DNA of 64,000 bases from Octopus sinensis (lineage: Eukaryota). Of this stretch, positions 1-12,884 are shown one piece after another; positions within the stretch are counted from its first letter, which is position 1, and every line of letters starts with the position of its first letter. The position numbers and the translations under genes were made by a program. A model generated the notes under the pieces. It did not search any database. It had not been told where the DNA came from and was given only the letters and a program-made list of their open reading frames with translations. Location of the stretch: assembly GCF_006345805.1 (NCBI RefSeq), contig NC_043006.1:50468001-50532000 (forward strand). Reading direction: 5' to 3'.

Positions 1-3
1 TGA

Positions 4-29
4 ATAATAATAATAATAATAATAATAAT

Positions 30-69
<40 letters not shown>

Positions 70-78
70 GTAATAGCT
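4..78. repeat. (AAT)n microsatellite
   Basis: Direct reading of the tandem AAT tract. Confidence 0.95.
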
Positions 79-404
79 AAACTATGAACTTGTCTATATG
101 TGTGCTAAAACTTTGAGATATGTATAGATTTTTTAAAATCTATTATTATTATTACTATTGAACTTTTGATAGTTTCAGGCAGATTTCTATTGCACCACTT
201 GCTACATGTCTGGGGTGTGTGCAGCATTGGGTGTTCGTTTTTGTTGCTAGAGGAGTGCAAACTCTTTCCAGTTTGTATTGAATCAGTTCGTTTCGTGATA
301 GGTTTTGGTTACAGACTTTTGCAGTATTAAAGTTTCTATTGCGTGTAAAGCGAGTTGCATTCTTCTGTTAGGTATCCGGCCTGTAGCAGACATGTGGTGG
401 TGGT

Positions 405-590
405 TATCTTTTATTCTTTACCTGTTACTTATTTCATTCTTCAGTCTGTGGCCGGGCTGGGTCACCGTCTTGAAGAATTATTAGTCGAATGAATCTATCT
501 TTTTTGCTGAAGCGCTAAGTAAGTGAAATGTAAACACGCCAACACCAGTTTTTAAGCGGCTGTGAGGGACAAACACAGAAACAAATACAC
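405..590 (-). mobile_element. tRNA-derived SINE, family B, degenerate 3' part
   Basis: Similar to the reverse complement of the 3' half of the copy at 51007-51530 (gtaaacac..caacaccagtt..aagcg..gggacaaacacaga). Confidence 0.7.
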
Positions 591-626
591 ACACACATAT
601 CTGCCTGTATCTGTCTCTCTCTCCAT

Positions 627-675
627 TTATATATATACATACATACATACATATATATATACATATATATATATG

Positions 676-722
<47 letters not shown>

Positions 723-745
723 GTATATATATATGTATATATATT
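627..745. repeat. (TA)n/(TACA)n microsatellite
   Basis: Direct reading; source of the spurious IYIY ORFs. Confidence 0.95.
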
Positions 746-1112
746 ATTTTACTTTATTTACATGATATATATTATATATTTTTTTATATGCCCCTATATG
801 TATATATATATATATATATTATATATTTTTATATACCTATAATTTTATATACCTATATATTCTTTATATATTACTTATATTATATTTTACTTTCTACGTC
901 TTTTTATAAATGTATTTTCTCTGAATCGCTAAAATATTAAATGTAAATTTTTAATGATAAGAATTTTTCTCGCACTTTATTATTATTATTATGTGCTATA
1001 CAGATGAATTTTGTTCCATCTTGCGGGTTCTATGTTTATTCTATAATTAAATGTTCGAATTATGAAATGATATGCGGATGACCTTGCATTTGTTTGTTCA
1101 ATGATTTTAGTT

Positions 1113-1156
<44 letters not shown>

Positions 1157-1219
1157 TTTATTTAAAGCAGCAGAAAATTCAACAAAATCTGTTACTCTGA
1201 GTTTCACGTTTTGCTAGAA

Positions 1220-1257
1220 CTGTCCGACGAACGGGAACGTGAAACTCAGAGTAACAG
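1220..1257 (+). ncRNA. Minimal type-I hammerhead ribozyme motif, U4C core variant
   Basis: CTGT-CCGACGA-ACG(GGAA)CGT-GAAA-CTCAGAG-TA-ACAG: stem I CTGT/ACAG, stem II ACG/CGT, stem III A-CTCAGAG-T, GUA triplet. Confidence 0.65.
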
Positions 1258-1349
1258 ATATATTTATAATAAGAGTAGATCGTATACGAGTGGGTATATA
1301 TTTGTAAAAAAGAAGTTTGAAAACGCCACTATATATATATATATATATA

Positions 1350-1513
1350 TACGACGAGCTTCTTCCAGTTTTAATTTACCAAATCCTCTCGCAATCCTTT
1401 GGTCGGCCCAAGGCTATAGTAAGAATCACTCGTCCAAGGTGCCACGCAGTGGTACTGTATCCGGAACTATGTGGTAAGGAAGCGTGCTTCTTACTACACA
1501 GCCACGTTTGCGC
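1350..1513 (-). mobile_element. SINE family B, 5' half
   Basis: Reverse complement of gtggctgtgt..gtaagaagc..ccacatagttccgg..ccactgcgtggcaccttgg, matching 51007-51170. Confidence 0.8.
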
Positions 1514-1569
1514 TTATATACAAAAATTGATGCACAACGATAATCGACTCTCAAATTGTTTTGGATACT

Positions 1570-2116
1570 AATCAATTTGACCAATCACACATCAGTTTAC
1601 TGCATGGAGTCTGTCTTGAGATTGTGGATTCTGGAGTGTTTTGCTTAGATTGCATTTCTGGATTGAAAGTTTCCTGTGTAGAATGTAGGCTGTTCCTAGC
1701 AGGGCTATTTTTCGGACAGTGTGTAGGGCCGAGGGTCAAGGTATAGTTTCTACGTTTTTGTTCATATATTTGTTTTTATCATACCCAGTCCTTTAATTAT
1801 TACTGGTAGTATTTTTACCTTCATGTCCCACATCTTGAATTCTTCAATTTCGAGGTCGTTGTGATTTGACAATTTCTCCACTTCTTTTGGGGTAATATCT
1901 TGGTCAGAAACGACTTTAATGTCTATCAGTAAGCCGGTGGTTCTTTTTTGTCCAATCCTTGATTATTATGTCTGGGGATTAGCTTTTATTTCTTGGTCAG
2001 TTTAAACAGGCATATCCCAGATAATTGTGACCTGGTCGTGTAGGTTGTTTGGCACATGTTTATGTCATTTCTTGTTATTTCTTATGTTGCAGTGTTGGCA
2101 TATTGTCGATGTCTTT
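1570..2116 (-). pseudogene. R4/Dong-like non-LTR retrotransposon fragment (restriction-like endonuclease C-terminus)
   Basis: Minus-strand translation pieces ICQHC..., IIWDMPV, EKLS..DLEIEEFKMWDMKVKILPVIIKGLGMIK resemble RLE C-termini and the ORF at 56.5-57.4 kb. Confidence 0.7.
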
Positions 2117-2144
2117 ATACATACATACATACATACATACATAT

Positions 2145-2213
<69 letters not shown>

Positions 2214-2452
2214 GCATATATATATAATAGAAATATTAAAATTACTAAGTCTCTCTAAAAGAGATCGCGACAGCGCTACTGGAAATTAATTGATATCGCC
2301 ATACTAATATGGTAGTCTTATATAAGACTAAAACTGTCGCTTATTAGCTCCATGAGGCCATCCGCCTTAAGATAGCTACTTGATACACAAACTGTATCCA
2401 TTTTAAGCATTCGAACAAGGGAGGTCAGCCGCTTCACACTGCTAGTCCAACA

Positions 2453-2495
2453 GCTACAGACGCGTTTCAGGGTATTTTCCCTTTGTCAATGTAGC
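2453..2495 (-). ncRNA. Minimal type-I hammerhead ribozyme motif, U3-A8 compensated core
   Basis: Minus strand GCTACA-TTGACAA-AGGG(AAAATA)CCCT-GAAA-CGCG-TC-TGTAGC: 6-bp stem I, 4-bp stem II, palindromic stem III ACGCGT, GUC triplet. Confidence 0.8.
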
Positions 2496-2545
2496 GTAGC
2501 CAGACCCAGCAGGTGTCGCCACTAACGTCTCTGTTCGAAGGCCTT

Positions 2546-2591
2546 TATTTACCTAGTTTCGGTGGAATACATCCACTTGTTTTCAATAATA
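2546..2591 (-). ncRNA. Second, imperfect hammerhead-like motif in the same module
   Basis: Minus strand TATTA-TTGAAAA-CAA-GTGGA(TGTAT)TCCAC-C-GAAA-CTAGG-TA-AATA; extra bases before stem II; the 5' side lies at the direct-repeat junction. Confidence 0.4.
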
Positions 2592-2610
2592 GAAATATTA
2601 AAATTACTAA

Positions 2611-2685
<75 letters not shown>

Positions 2686-2689
<4 letters not shown>

Positions 2690-2844
2690 GATTTGACAAG
2701 GACTGGGCAGCCAGCGATGATGTGGTCATTATGCTGGGTGCACATTCTGCATTTTGTGTTAAGGCCTGTTTTCATTATTTTGCTTTTATAGTTGTTTGAG
2801 GTGAGGCATTGGTCTTGTGCACACAAATAAAGTAGCCCCAACAC
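2686..2844 (-). pseudogene. R4/Dong-like LINE fragment (CCHC zinc knuckle upstream of the RLE)
   Basis: AQDQCL..NNYK..IMK..TKCRMC....[15 protein letters not shown] in ORF 2545..2844. Confidence 0.8.
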
Positions 2845-3984
2845 TACTAGAATATATCAACCATGCAATGGCAAACTAGAAAAATGAATCGAGAGTCATT
2901 AAAACCTGCCCTATACCCATAAGAGACTCACTTTCACCCCCTGCTTTCCTACCTTACTCTGACACGACTAATAGACTTGCTAAAGAAACATGGGTTACAG
3001 ATAACTTGAAAATTTTCATTAAAAATACCACGGAACATAAAAACCTAAAAGTTGTCCCTAGTTTCAGCAAGAACCTTCATCCATGGGTTGGATAAATGTG
3101 TCAAAGTGAAATTGAGAAGAGGCAAATTAATCAGCACTAGAAACACTGCACTCGAAAGAGACACAGAAACAGAGAATTAGACAACGATTGTTTTCTGGTA
3201 ATCAATCTAAGTCATGTTGAGCTTTGTCTTTTTCTTTTAGTTTTTAACTCCTTTTGTTTCTGTACACTAAAAATCTATACAACAAACCACAGACAGGGAA
3301 TTTTGACAATCAAACAATATCTGTATATGCAATATTTTTTTAGTGAATTTAACACTTTCATAATTGGGATGCCTGTGAGATCCTCTAGGTGTAGTTATTT
3401 GACTTTGATCAGCAAGAATATTTACGTCTGATACATGCCCAACACTGAGACCAGCACACAACTTACCATTTGTGAATATGATAGTAACATTGTAAAGAAA
3501 GTATTGTAAAGAAATATAACAGAGAAAAACAAATATTTATTCCTAAGTTTTCTTATGAGAAATTTAAAGAATAGAGACTCCTCATTTTCTTTGCATTTTT
3601 TAATAAACTTAATTCTTTTAAAAGAAATTTTCTATTTTTGAAAGTAGTAGGCTAACGTCTTTAATACAAATATTAAAATACATACATACAGACATACATG
3701 CATACATACATAACTACATGCATAAATACACACATGTATACATATGTACATACATACAGAAGGAGAGGGTGAGAGGAGAGGTTTTTGCGATTAGAGATCG
3801 AAATAAAAACAGATATTATATTTCATTCATGATAAACTACTCGGTAATAAAATTTATTTCAAAATGAACGTAAGAAAGTAATCGTTCAACTATTTTTCTG
3901 AAATGATTGAATACAGGAAACTGAAGTGGACAGTGCCTGTGAGTCATCTCGGCTGGTTGTGTATTGGGTGAAGATAAAAGCAAT

Positions 3985-4050
<66 letters not shown>
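3985..4050. repeat. (GATA)n microsatellite followed by a GA-rich tract
   Basis: Direct reading. Confidence 0.95.
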
Positions 4051-4666
4051 GAGAAAGAAAGAGAGAGAGAGAACGAGGGAGGGAGAGAAAGAGAGAGGTA
4101 GAGGGGGAGAGGGAGAGCAGGAGAAAGAGAGAGAGAGCGAGAGAGAGAGAGAGTCAGATAGCATTTCTTATTGTGAGGAAAATAATATATTGATATTTAA
4201 CAGAGGAAAACAGATATTTATTCGCATTTTTCTTTCTATTTTTTAAAATTAATTCACATTTTAAAAGATGAGTTTTTGTATTTTCGAAAGTGGTAGCTTA
4301 ATGTCTTTAACTATTGTGCCAAATGTATATATGTGCATGTTTATGTACATACATCAAATATACAGAGAAAGAAGGGAGAAGGAAAAAGAGAGAAAGAAAG
4401 AGAGATGCGAACCAAACTGGAAGTTATGTTACAAGGAGGCAGATTTCACAAAAGTTGTAACAATGAATTGGCCGTGATTTGACAGTTAAACTTTTGTTGT
4501 TAAGCATATGTAGACAGACAGAACTGTTAAGGCGACGGAAAAGATGCTTACGTTATTTCTTCACGGGAGCTGTTGCTGGTTTCGGTCCAGTCTTCAGAGG
4601 CTGGATTGTTGCATAATGTTTTTATTAAAGTCACTTTATTTTCTTGCCTGTTTCTGCAACTCTATC

Positions 4667-4885
4667 TATTGGGTTGTCCGGAAAGTTCGTGCCGATTTAT
4701 AGTAGCTTACCTTTCGACTTACCCTCCCAGGCACCTCAATTCTGGGAAGAGGGTATTTTCAAGTTAAAGGGAAGATTGTGCAACAAAATGGTTCATATTT
4801 GGTTGATTAAAAATGTAATGGCAAGTATTTATTGACCTTTTTCTTTCCTTTAAAAATCGGCACGATCTTTCCGGACAACCCAATA
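4667..4885. mobile_element. Mariner-type MITE with ~30-bp TIRs and TA ends
   Basis: tattgggttgtccggaaagttcgtgccgattt ... aaatcggcacgatctttccggacaacccaata; internal transposase 3' remnant. Confidence 0.85.
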
Positions 4886-5268
4886 CAATTTCCTTCTGAC
4901 ACGATTCATGTATATTCTCAATGCTGTTGCTCACGCATTACTAGTTATTTTTTCCAGAATCCACTTATAGGGAACACTGTTAAAGGCCTCTTATACTTAA
5001 CCCAAGACGTGCTCAGACTCTTCTTTCACATTCAACAGTCTTTGGTTATAGTTTTACCGACGCTTAGTAACACGATGGAAAAAAATTCTCAATGGCATTT
5101 CTTCCGGCGTTACGACCTGAGTTCAAATTCTGCCGAGGTTGATTTTTGTCCTTTCACCGTTTCGGAGGCGATAAAATAAGTACCAGTTGAGTACTCTAGT
5201 CCATGTAATTGACTAGTCACAAAATTTCAGACCTTGTGTCTGTAATAAAAAGGATTATTATTATTATT

Positions 5269-5867
5269 GAGTGAGAGAGCAGTTCATGCCGTCAAAGTGA
5301 CACTGGGGTAAAATATACGAAGCCCAATATACCCATCATGACTACCCGTCTGATAAAGGTACACCAGGCACATGCATCACAACCATATGTGCGCGACATG
5401 GTGATCTCATATCAAGATAAACAGCACATGACCTTGCAGGTGGGGCCCAGTTAGAATTTTCTTCAGGTTGAGTAGCCCATCCCGCTCAAATGGTCCCTGA
5501 ATAAGGGTTGTTTAAGGATGTTGAAAGAACCACCCATGTTTCCAGAGGTGAACTATTCAAACCCCAAAGAATCCCTCTCAACACATGGCTATGATGCTCC
5601 CCCACTACTTCTGCTCGTGATCAGAGATGCACATATCGTCAGCCACTAAGGGACATGCTCAACTGGTTAAGGTCAAACAACTGACAAGCAAATCTGTGGT
5701 ATTGAGCAGAATATTTGCTGTAGCCCATCTTTTATACCAAGACAAAACAATGTACATGATAACACTTCCAATCAGTTAAGATCAGAAGCCATGAGAGCCA
5801 CTGCCTGGTACTTCATCAGGGCATTGCCTGGTACTTCATCAGGGCATTGCCTGGTACTTCATCAGGG

Positions 5868-5870
<3 letters not shown>
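5269..5870 (+). mobile_element. ~600-bp non-coding interspersed element inserted in (ATT)n; 3' 23-mer triplicated
   Basis: Near-identical inverted copy at 51560-52082; both copies abut ATT/AAT tracts; tgcctggtacttcatcagggca repeated three times. Confidence 0.85.
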
Positions 5871-5909
<39 letters not shown>

Positions 5910-6043
5910 CATCATCATTATCGTCATCATTTACATGTTTTTAATCTTTCAATTGGCACAGAGAATGTTCCGCATACGCATACCTTTTAACTATAAGTAA
6001 TTTCTCCATTGCTGTGAAAAATTTCTTCTTCTTCTTCTTCTTC

Positions 6044-6076
<33 letters not shown>

Positions 6077-6185
6077 CCCTTCCCTTCTCCCTATTCACAT
6101 TTCCACCCCCTCTCTCACCGTTCTTTTATTCACCCTTCTCACTCACTCTATCTCTCGTCCTTACTTTCTTCTTTGTACCATCGTA

Positions 6186-6203
6186 ATGACTGTGAACATA
6201 ATT

Positions 6204-6237
<34 letters not shown>

Positions 6238-6419
6238 CCATCACCACCATCATCATCACTACCACCACCACCATCATACTCTTCATTGTGACGAAATTAT
6301 AAACATTATTGTCATCTGAATCTAAATCATTTTAACTTGTATTATGGTTATTGTTATTTTTAGAACTAAATAGAAGAAATTCCTACTGCTTCTATTTATT
6401 ATTATTATTATTATTATTA

Positions 6420-6450
<31 letters not shown>

Positions 6451-6612
6451 ATTATTGTTGTTGTTTTGTTATTAAAACACTAATAGGCAGAGGACATTTT
6501 TCAACGAGGAATCCGAATGTAATTATTGTCTCAGGGGTTGCTAATTATGGTCGTGATCACATCGACTTTCCTTCCTCAAATTTTCTCCTCGCCCCTCTTC
6601 CTCCTCCTCCTC

Positions 6613-6660
<48 letters not shown>

Positions 6661-6807
6661 CTGCTACATCATCTCTTTCAAGACGGCATGACTGTAATTT
6701 TAATGAAGCTACCACCTCTCGCCTTATGCTTTCCTTCTTCTTCACTTCATCATCATCATCATCATCATTCTAGCAACAACAACCTCAATCATGAGGTTAG
6801 TAATGAC

Positions 6808-6849
<42 letters not shown>

Positions 6850-6850
6850 T
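6186..6850. repeat. Cluster of trinucleotide microsatellites (CAT, ATT, CTA, AAT)
   Basis: Direct reading. Confidence 0.9.
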
Positions 6851-7146
6851 AGTATAATTAGAATAATGAAAATAATAAATTCCATCATCATCTATTATAT
6901 TAAAGACTTCAATATCGAATTCTTTTTTTTACCAGTTTTCTGCAAAAACGTAGGTATGTAATATCTACGTACTTAGGTTTACATGCATACGCATATACAT
7001 GCACACATTCGCACACACACATATGTCCACATATATGAGTGTACGTGTATGTATGTGTGTGTTTGCGTGTGCGCGTGCGTGTGTGTGATAGATATCTAGA
7101 CACGCAGGAGCCTCAGAAGCAATATTTTAATTCTTATAGTTGTAAA

Positions 7147-7542
7147 GGCGGTGAGCTGGCAGAAACGTTAGCACGCCGGGCGAAATGCGTAGCCGTATTT
7201 CGTCTGCCGCTACGTTCTGAGTTCAAATTCCGCCGAGGTCGACTTTGACTTTCATCCTTTCGGGGTCGATTATATAAGTACCAGTTACGCACTGGGGTCG
7301 ATGTAATCGACTTAATCCGTTTATCTCTCCTTGTTTGTCCCCTCTGTGTTTAGCCCCTTGTGGGTAGTAAAGAAATAGGTATTTCGTATGCCGCTACGTT
7401 CTGAGTTCAAATTCTGCCGAGGTCGACTTTGCTTTTCATCCTTTCGGGGTCGATAAATTAAGTCCCAGTTGCGTACTGGGGTCGATCTAATCGACTGGCC
7501 CCTCCCCAAAAATGTCGGGCCTTATACATAGGGTGGAAAAGA
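7147..7542 (+). mobile_element. SINE family A (composite copy) with target-site duplication
   Basis: ggcggtgagctggcagaaacgttagcacgccgggcg head, gagttcaaattcc B-box-like motif, central gtcgactttgcctttcatcctttcggggtcgataaattaagtaccag; aattcttatagt repeated on both flanks. Confidence 0.9.
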
Positions 7543-7614
7543 ATTCTTATAGTCAAGAGTACTCAATAACTAATTATAGATTACTCGTACCTATAACCAA
7601 TATTTATCCTTATT

Positions 7615-7925
7615 TTATCTCTTTTTACTTGTTTCATCATTGGTCTTCGGGCAAGTTAGGACTCTGCTTTCAAAGGTTTTAGTCGAACAAATAAACCCAA
7701 TGACCTAGTCTTGAGTCGGGTTCTGATTTTACCATGTCTTTTGCCGAACCGATAACTTTCAGTGAAGTAAACATACTAACATCGATTTTCGAGCGGTGAG
7801 TGGTGTACAAACACAAACATAAATACACACATGTAGACAATAGACTTCCACATAGTTTCCGCCAGCTAAATTTCCCCACAAGACAATAGTCGGTCCACGG
7901 GTATTGCAGAAAACGTCTGCAGCAC
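7615..7925 (-). mobile_element. SINE family B, degenerate
   Basis: ttttacttgtttca..ttttagtcgaacaaat..ttttgccgaaccg..gtaaacatactaacatcg. Confidence 0.75.
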
Positions 7926-7993
7926 GGTGGGACTAAAATAAACAAAGAGAAAGAATAAATCTTCAACATATCCATGATTTATATATATATATA

Positions 7994-8056
<63 letters not shown>

Positions 8057-8234
8057 TTATATTTATATATATTCTGAATTTCTGCAAATGTGTATAAAAT
8101 AAGATATCAGTTGAATAAAGTTACAACATGTTCTGGTTTTCAGTTTTTTTTATTATTGTATTTTAAAAACAAATTTTTACAATGTTGAAGTATGTTAAAA
8201 TTTAAAAAGATATTATATAATGTTCATAAAGTTC

Positions 8235-8272
8235 AATTAGCGCTTTCACACGTTCGTAGTAATCATCAGATT
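8235..8272 (-). ncRNA. Degenerate hammerhead motif
   Basis: Minus strand AAT-CTGATGA-(ttactacgaacgtgt)-GAAA-GCGC-TA-ATT; canonical core and palindromic stem III, but stem II poorly paired. Confidence 0.5.
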
Positions 8273-9432
8273 TTAAAATGTATTGACTGACAGTAGATTT
8301 GAGTGCTTGACAATTGCAGTAAAATGACTGACTTCTTCCTTTTTATACCTTTTAGAAGGCTCCGACAAACTGAATTTTTCGAACACGGTTTTGACCAATC
8401 AGCATGATTCTTAAACGTCACAGTTTGCCGGGCGCACCGATATTACTGGCATATATTCCGCCTTTATTTTAAGCAAATAGTTTTTCGGTTTACGTGCAAT
8501 GCTTTTATTAGTGAGCAAACTTAGTTGGTTTCGATCGTTTTTATTTCAATCGGTGAGAGTCTTCTGTAATTAGTTCATATCCTTATACTACAGATATTTT
8601 TTAATCCACATCATTAATCATTAATTATTATTTTAATCCACATCTGAACGGAAATAACAACAATAATATAACAATCAGTTAATGATGTGGATTAAAGAAA
8701 TCTTTAACATATTTTTAAAATACAATAATAAAAAAAAACATGAGAACCAGACCATATTGTAGCATTCTTCAACTGGTACATACATACATACATACATATA
8801 TATATATATTGTTATTTGAATTTTAACTTTTCTATTATATGTAATTTTCTAGATGGCGTAATTTAATTATTCATTTTGAATTGATAAAAGGTGGTTTTTT
8901 TCTAATATTTTATATATATATAATATTTTATTTAGTCTTCACATTTACTTAATTCTCGTCGACATGGAATCAAAGCATTGGTCACATGTTCGGCCGATGA
9001 ACACGCTCAACGATTAGATATCTCGCGTAAATGAATTCAAATTTTACAACGTATGTACGTGGCACTCTGTCTACCTAACCCCAAACCAATGTTATTTACA
9101 CCGCCTTTCTAAGAAAATTGTTATTTTTCGTTGATATCCAAAGTCACTGCTTCGTTCCTTCGTTCAGATATCGTGCGTCAATACATTGTGCATCTAAAGA
9201 AGACAAAATATACTGCATAAGCAGTCAACGAGGTAATTAGGCACCGAAGTATTTAGTTATCCAGCGAAGTAAGCCGCAGGAATTATCCCATTTTTATCTT
9301 CACTTTCTATGGCGTATAAATAATCCTGTATTTTGATCTTGTTTTGTTCGTAAAGAAATATATGAACAGTACTGACCCCCTGTTGCCTTTTCGCTGTGCA
9401 GTTTTAATGATTCAATATCTTAGAGCAAGCAA

Positions 9433-9645
9433 GGCGGTGAGCAGACAGAAACGTTAGCACGCCGGGCGAAATGCTTTGCAATAATTCGTCTGCCTTTACA
9501 TTCTGAGTTCAAATTCCGTCGAGGTCGACTCTGCCTTTTGTCCTTTCGGGGTCGATGAATCAAATACCAGTTCGTACTGAGGCCGATCTAATCGACTAGG
9601 CCCCTCCCCAAAAAGTTCGGGCCTTGTGCCTAGAGTAGAAAAGAA
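9433..9645 (+). mobile_element. SINE family A with TSD
   Basis: Same head and central domain as 7147; aatatcttagag on both flanks. Confidence 0.9.
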
Positions 9646-10331
9646 TATCTTAGAGTAAGCAAGTTATAATGCTTTGCTTCTGTGTCGAACTACCGTGTGT
9701 GCGTACTTGTGTGTGCGATCGTGTGTGTATGTGCGCGTGCGCATGTGTATGTAATGTACATATATATATGTATATAAAACATATATGTGAACACATATTT
9801 CTATACACGCATATACACATATGATGGACTCTCTCATCGAAGAAGATGTATGAGTGTTTAGCTTTTTCGGAACAACCTACACAAATGATTTGTTCATAGT
9901 GATCAAATGTTCGTGCCACACATTAGCACACTTCCGCCACCAAATTGACGTTGCCCGAACAGGTGTACAGTGTACCATACGTTAGGTGTCGAAGTGATCG
10001 CAGGACGACGTGAGATGAAGTGCTTTGGTCAAGAAAACAGCGCATCACCCGGTTTAGGAACTGAAACTACGATCTCGCATGGCCTCGTGGTTAGGGTCTT
10101 GCAAATACGATCGCGTCTTTGCATATACACAACTATATCCATAAGTTCTCACATAAACATATATACGTACATGCATACATATATATATAAACTGTGAAAC
10201 CGGTTAAATCTTTAAATATAATAATAAAAAATATATTAACCATTGCCAGTGCATTTCAACTTCTATTTTTCCTATATTTCTACCCGTGTGGAATAATGGA
10301 ATAAAATAACTTTCTGTTACATTATATATAC

Positions 10332-10383
<52 letters not shown>

Positions 10384-10394
10384 ATTTGTGTTTA

Positions 10395-10790
10395 GGTGCA
10401 GATGCGTCGCTTCCCAACGAACAGGTTTCAGGTTCTGTCTTACTGCGTGACACTTTGGGTAAGTGTCTTCGACTATAGCTCTGGGCTGAACAAAGCCTCG
10501 TGAGGGGATTTGGTAAACGGAACTGAAAGAAACCCGATATATTTGGGGGTGCGTGTATGTATGTATTTATGTGTTTGTGTTTTTCACCCCATCATCACCC
10601 TATAACAATCGGTGTTTTTATGTTTACGTCTCCGCACCTAAAAAGCTCGACAAAAAGACTACGATAAAATAAGTACCAGGTTTAAAGAAAAATAAGTACA
10701 GTGGATGGAGATTTGTTCAACTAAACCTTTCAAGGAGTTGCCCCAGTATGACCGCAATCGAAAGACTAACACAACTTAAAAAGTAAAAGA
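10395..10790 (+). mobile_element. SINE family B, diverged
   Basis: Collinear with 51007-51530. Confidence 0.8.
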
Positions 10791-11264
10791 TATATCGAAT
10801 CAGCTTAAAAACAATTGACTGAAGAGTACTGAGCGAAAATCTATTTTGGAATCCCAAGATACATTTGCAATATTCTCTCTAAAATGAAGTTAATCTAAAT
10901 TTCCCAACAACTGGCAAAATAATTCCAATATAGAATCAAGCACGCCCATCCTGAATTGAAAACTTTCTGTCTATACGGAAAGTGGTGTGCATGTGCTCTT
11001 TCGCTATCCCATTACCAACTTTTGACAGGAGTTTAAAATAGTTAAACTGTGATTTTATTTGAATAATCGCACCGGGAACATACTTCTTGGTGATAAATGT
11101 GCGGTTGACGAGATTGGAACTAGTTTAATTCTCTAAAGCAATATCTGAATGTCAGTTTTAATCATGAAATTTTCAGTATGTATTAGCGTAACGAATTGGA
11201 CAGACATAATAACAGACTTCACATAAACAGAAACGCATACAAATATATGTACGTACTGTTATGC

Positions 11265-11299
<35 letters not shown>

Positions 11300-11674
11300 A
11301 TATTACATTATTATATTATATCATATTATATATTAATACCCATGCACGAACACAAATTTAAATAGCTTGACTATGTGATGTTATTTCAATAATCACTTCG
11401 ATTAATATGTACCCAGGTGGAGGGTAATTCTCTAACAAAGAGTAGCACACATACACACACACACACAGTCACACACATAGAGGAATAGTGAAACCCGAAA
11501 CATACATAAATCTGTACGTATTAACTGCATGCAAATATTGTGTTGAAAAACTTGTTTGAATATTTACATATATAGCCTTGTGTGTGCTTCGAGATCCGCT
11601 ATTCCAAAAAATAATTATTCCACACTCTCTCGAGAGTTTGTAAAATTCTTATGCCATTAACAATATATATTCTT

Positions 11675-12085
11675 TAACGTGTTTCAGTCATTTGACTGTG
11701 GGCATGCAGGAGCAACACTTTTTAGTCGAAGAAATTGACTTATTATTATTCTTTGTAAACCCGCTGTTTATTCTATCGGTCTCTTTTGCCGAATCTCTAA
11801 GTTACGGGGACGTAAACACACCAACAGCGGTTGTCAAGCGATGGTGGGGGACAAACACAGACACACAAACATACACACACACACACACAAACACACACAT
11901 ATACATACTTATATATATGTATATACGACGGGCTTCTTTTAGTTTCCGTCTACTACATCTACTCACAAAGCTTTTGTAGGCTCGAGGCTATAGTAGAAGA
12001 CATTTGTCCAAAGTGTCGTTGAGTTGGACTGAACCTTGAACCATGCGGCTGAGAAGCAAGCTTCTTACCACACAGCCACTCCTAT
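11675..12085 (-). mobile_element. SINE family B, full length
   Basis: Reverse complement collinear with 51007-51530. Confidence 0.9.
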
Positions 12086-12094
12086 ATGTGTGTG

Positions 12095-12201
<107 letters not shown>

Positions 12202-12371
12202 CTGCAAAAAATATGTGACAATTATCTTGGCTACTGAATAATTGTCACATATTATTTTACAGATAATTTCCTCTATTTACATAATATTGAGGTCTCTTTC
12301 TTCCTTTTGTTATCTTACTGTTTTTACCAATATATATATATAGACACACACACATACCGTGTATGAGTATA

Positions 12372-12825
12372 CTATATACATACATATATATATACATATA
12401 TATATACATATATATATACATATATACATACATATATTATATACATATATACATACATATATATATACATATATACATACATATATATATACATATATAC
12501 ATACATATATATATATACATATATACATACATATATACATACATATATATATACATATATACATACATATATATATACATATATATATACATATATATAC
12601 ATATATATACATATATATACATATATACATACATATATATATACATATATACATACATATATATATATACATATATACATACATATATACATATATACAT
12701 ACATATATACATATATACATACATATATACATACATATATATATATATATATACATACATATATATATACATATATACATACATATATATATATACATAT
12801 ATACATACATATATATATACATATA

Positions 12826-12872
<47 letters not shown>

Positions 12873-12880
12873 GCACACAC
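12372..12880. repeat. Compound (TA)n/(TACA)n minisatellite-like tract
   Basis: Direct reading. Confidence 0.95.
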
Positions 12881-12884
12881 GCAT

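Larger units (their letters stand above)
2226..2612 (-). mobile_element. ~360-bp hammerhead-bearing non-coding module (PLE pseudo-LTR or retrozyme-like) with terminal direct repeat, inserted in (TA)n
   Basis: ataatagaaatattaaaattactaagt occurs at both ends (~2226 and ~2586); TA tracts on both sides; contains hammerhead motifs. Confidence 0.7.

Noticed and set aside
3267-3500. Possible host exon or ATG-GTAAGT donor on the minus strand
   Set aside because: No recognisable homology or partner exon.
5799-5870. 23-bp repeat x3 as a CRISPR-like array
   Set aside because: No spacers, eukaryotic context; it is a retroelement tail duplication.
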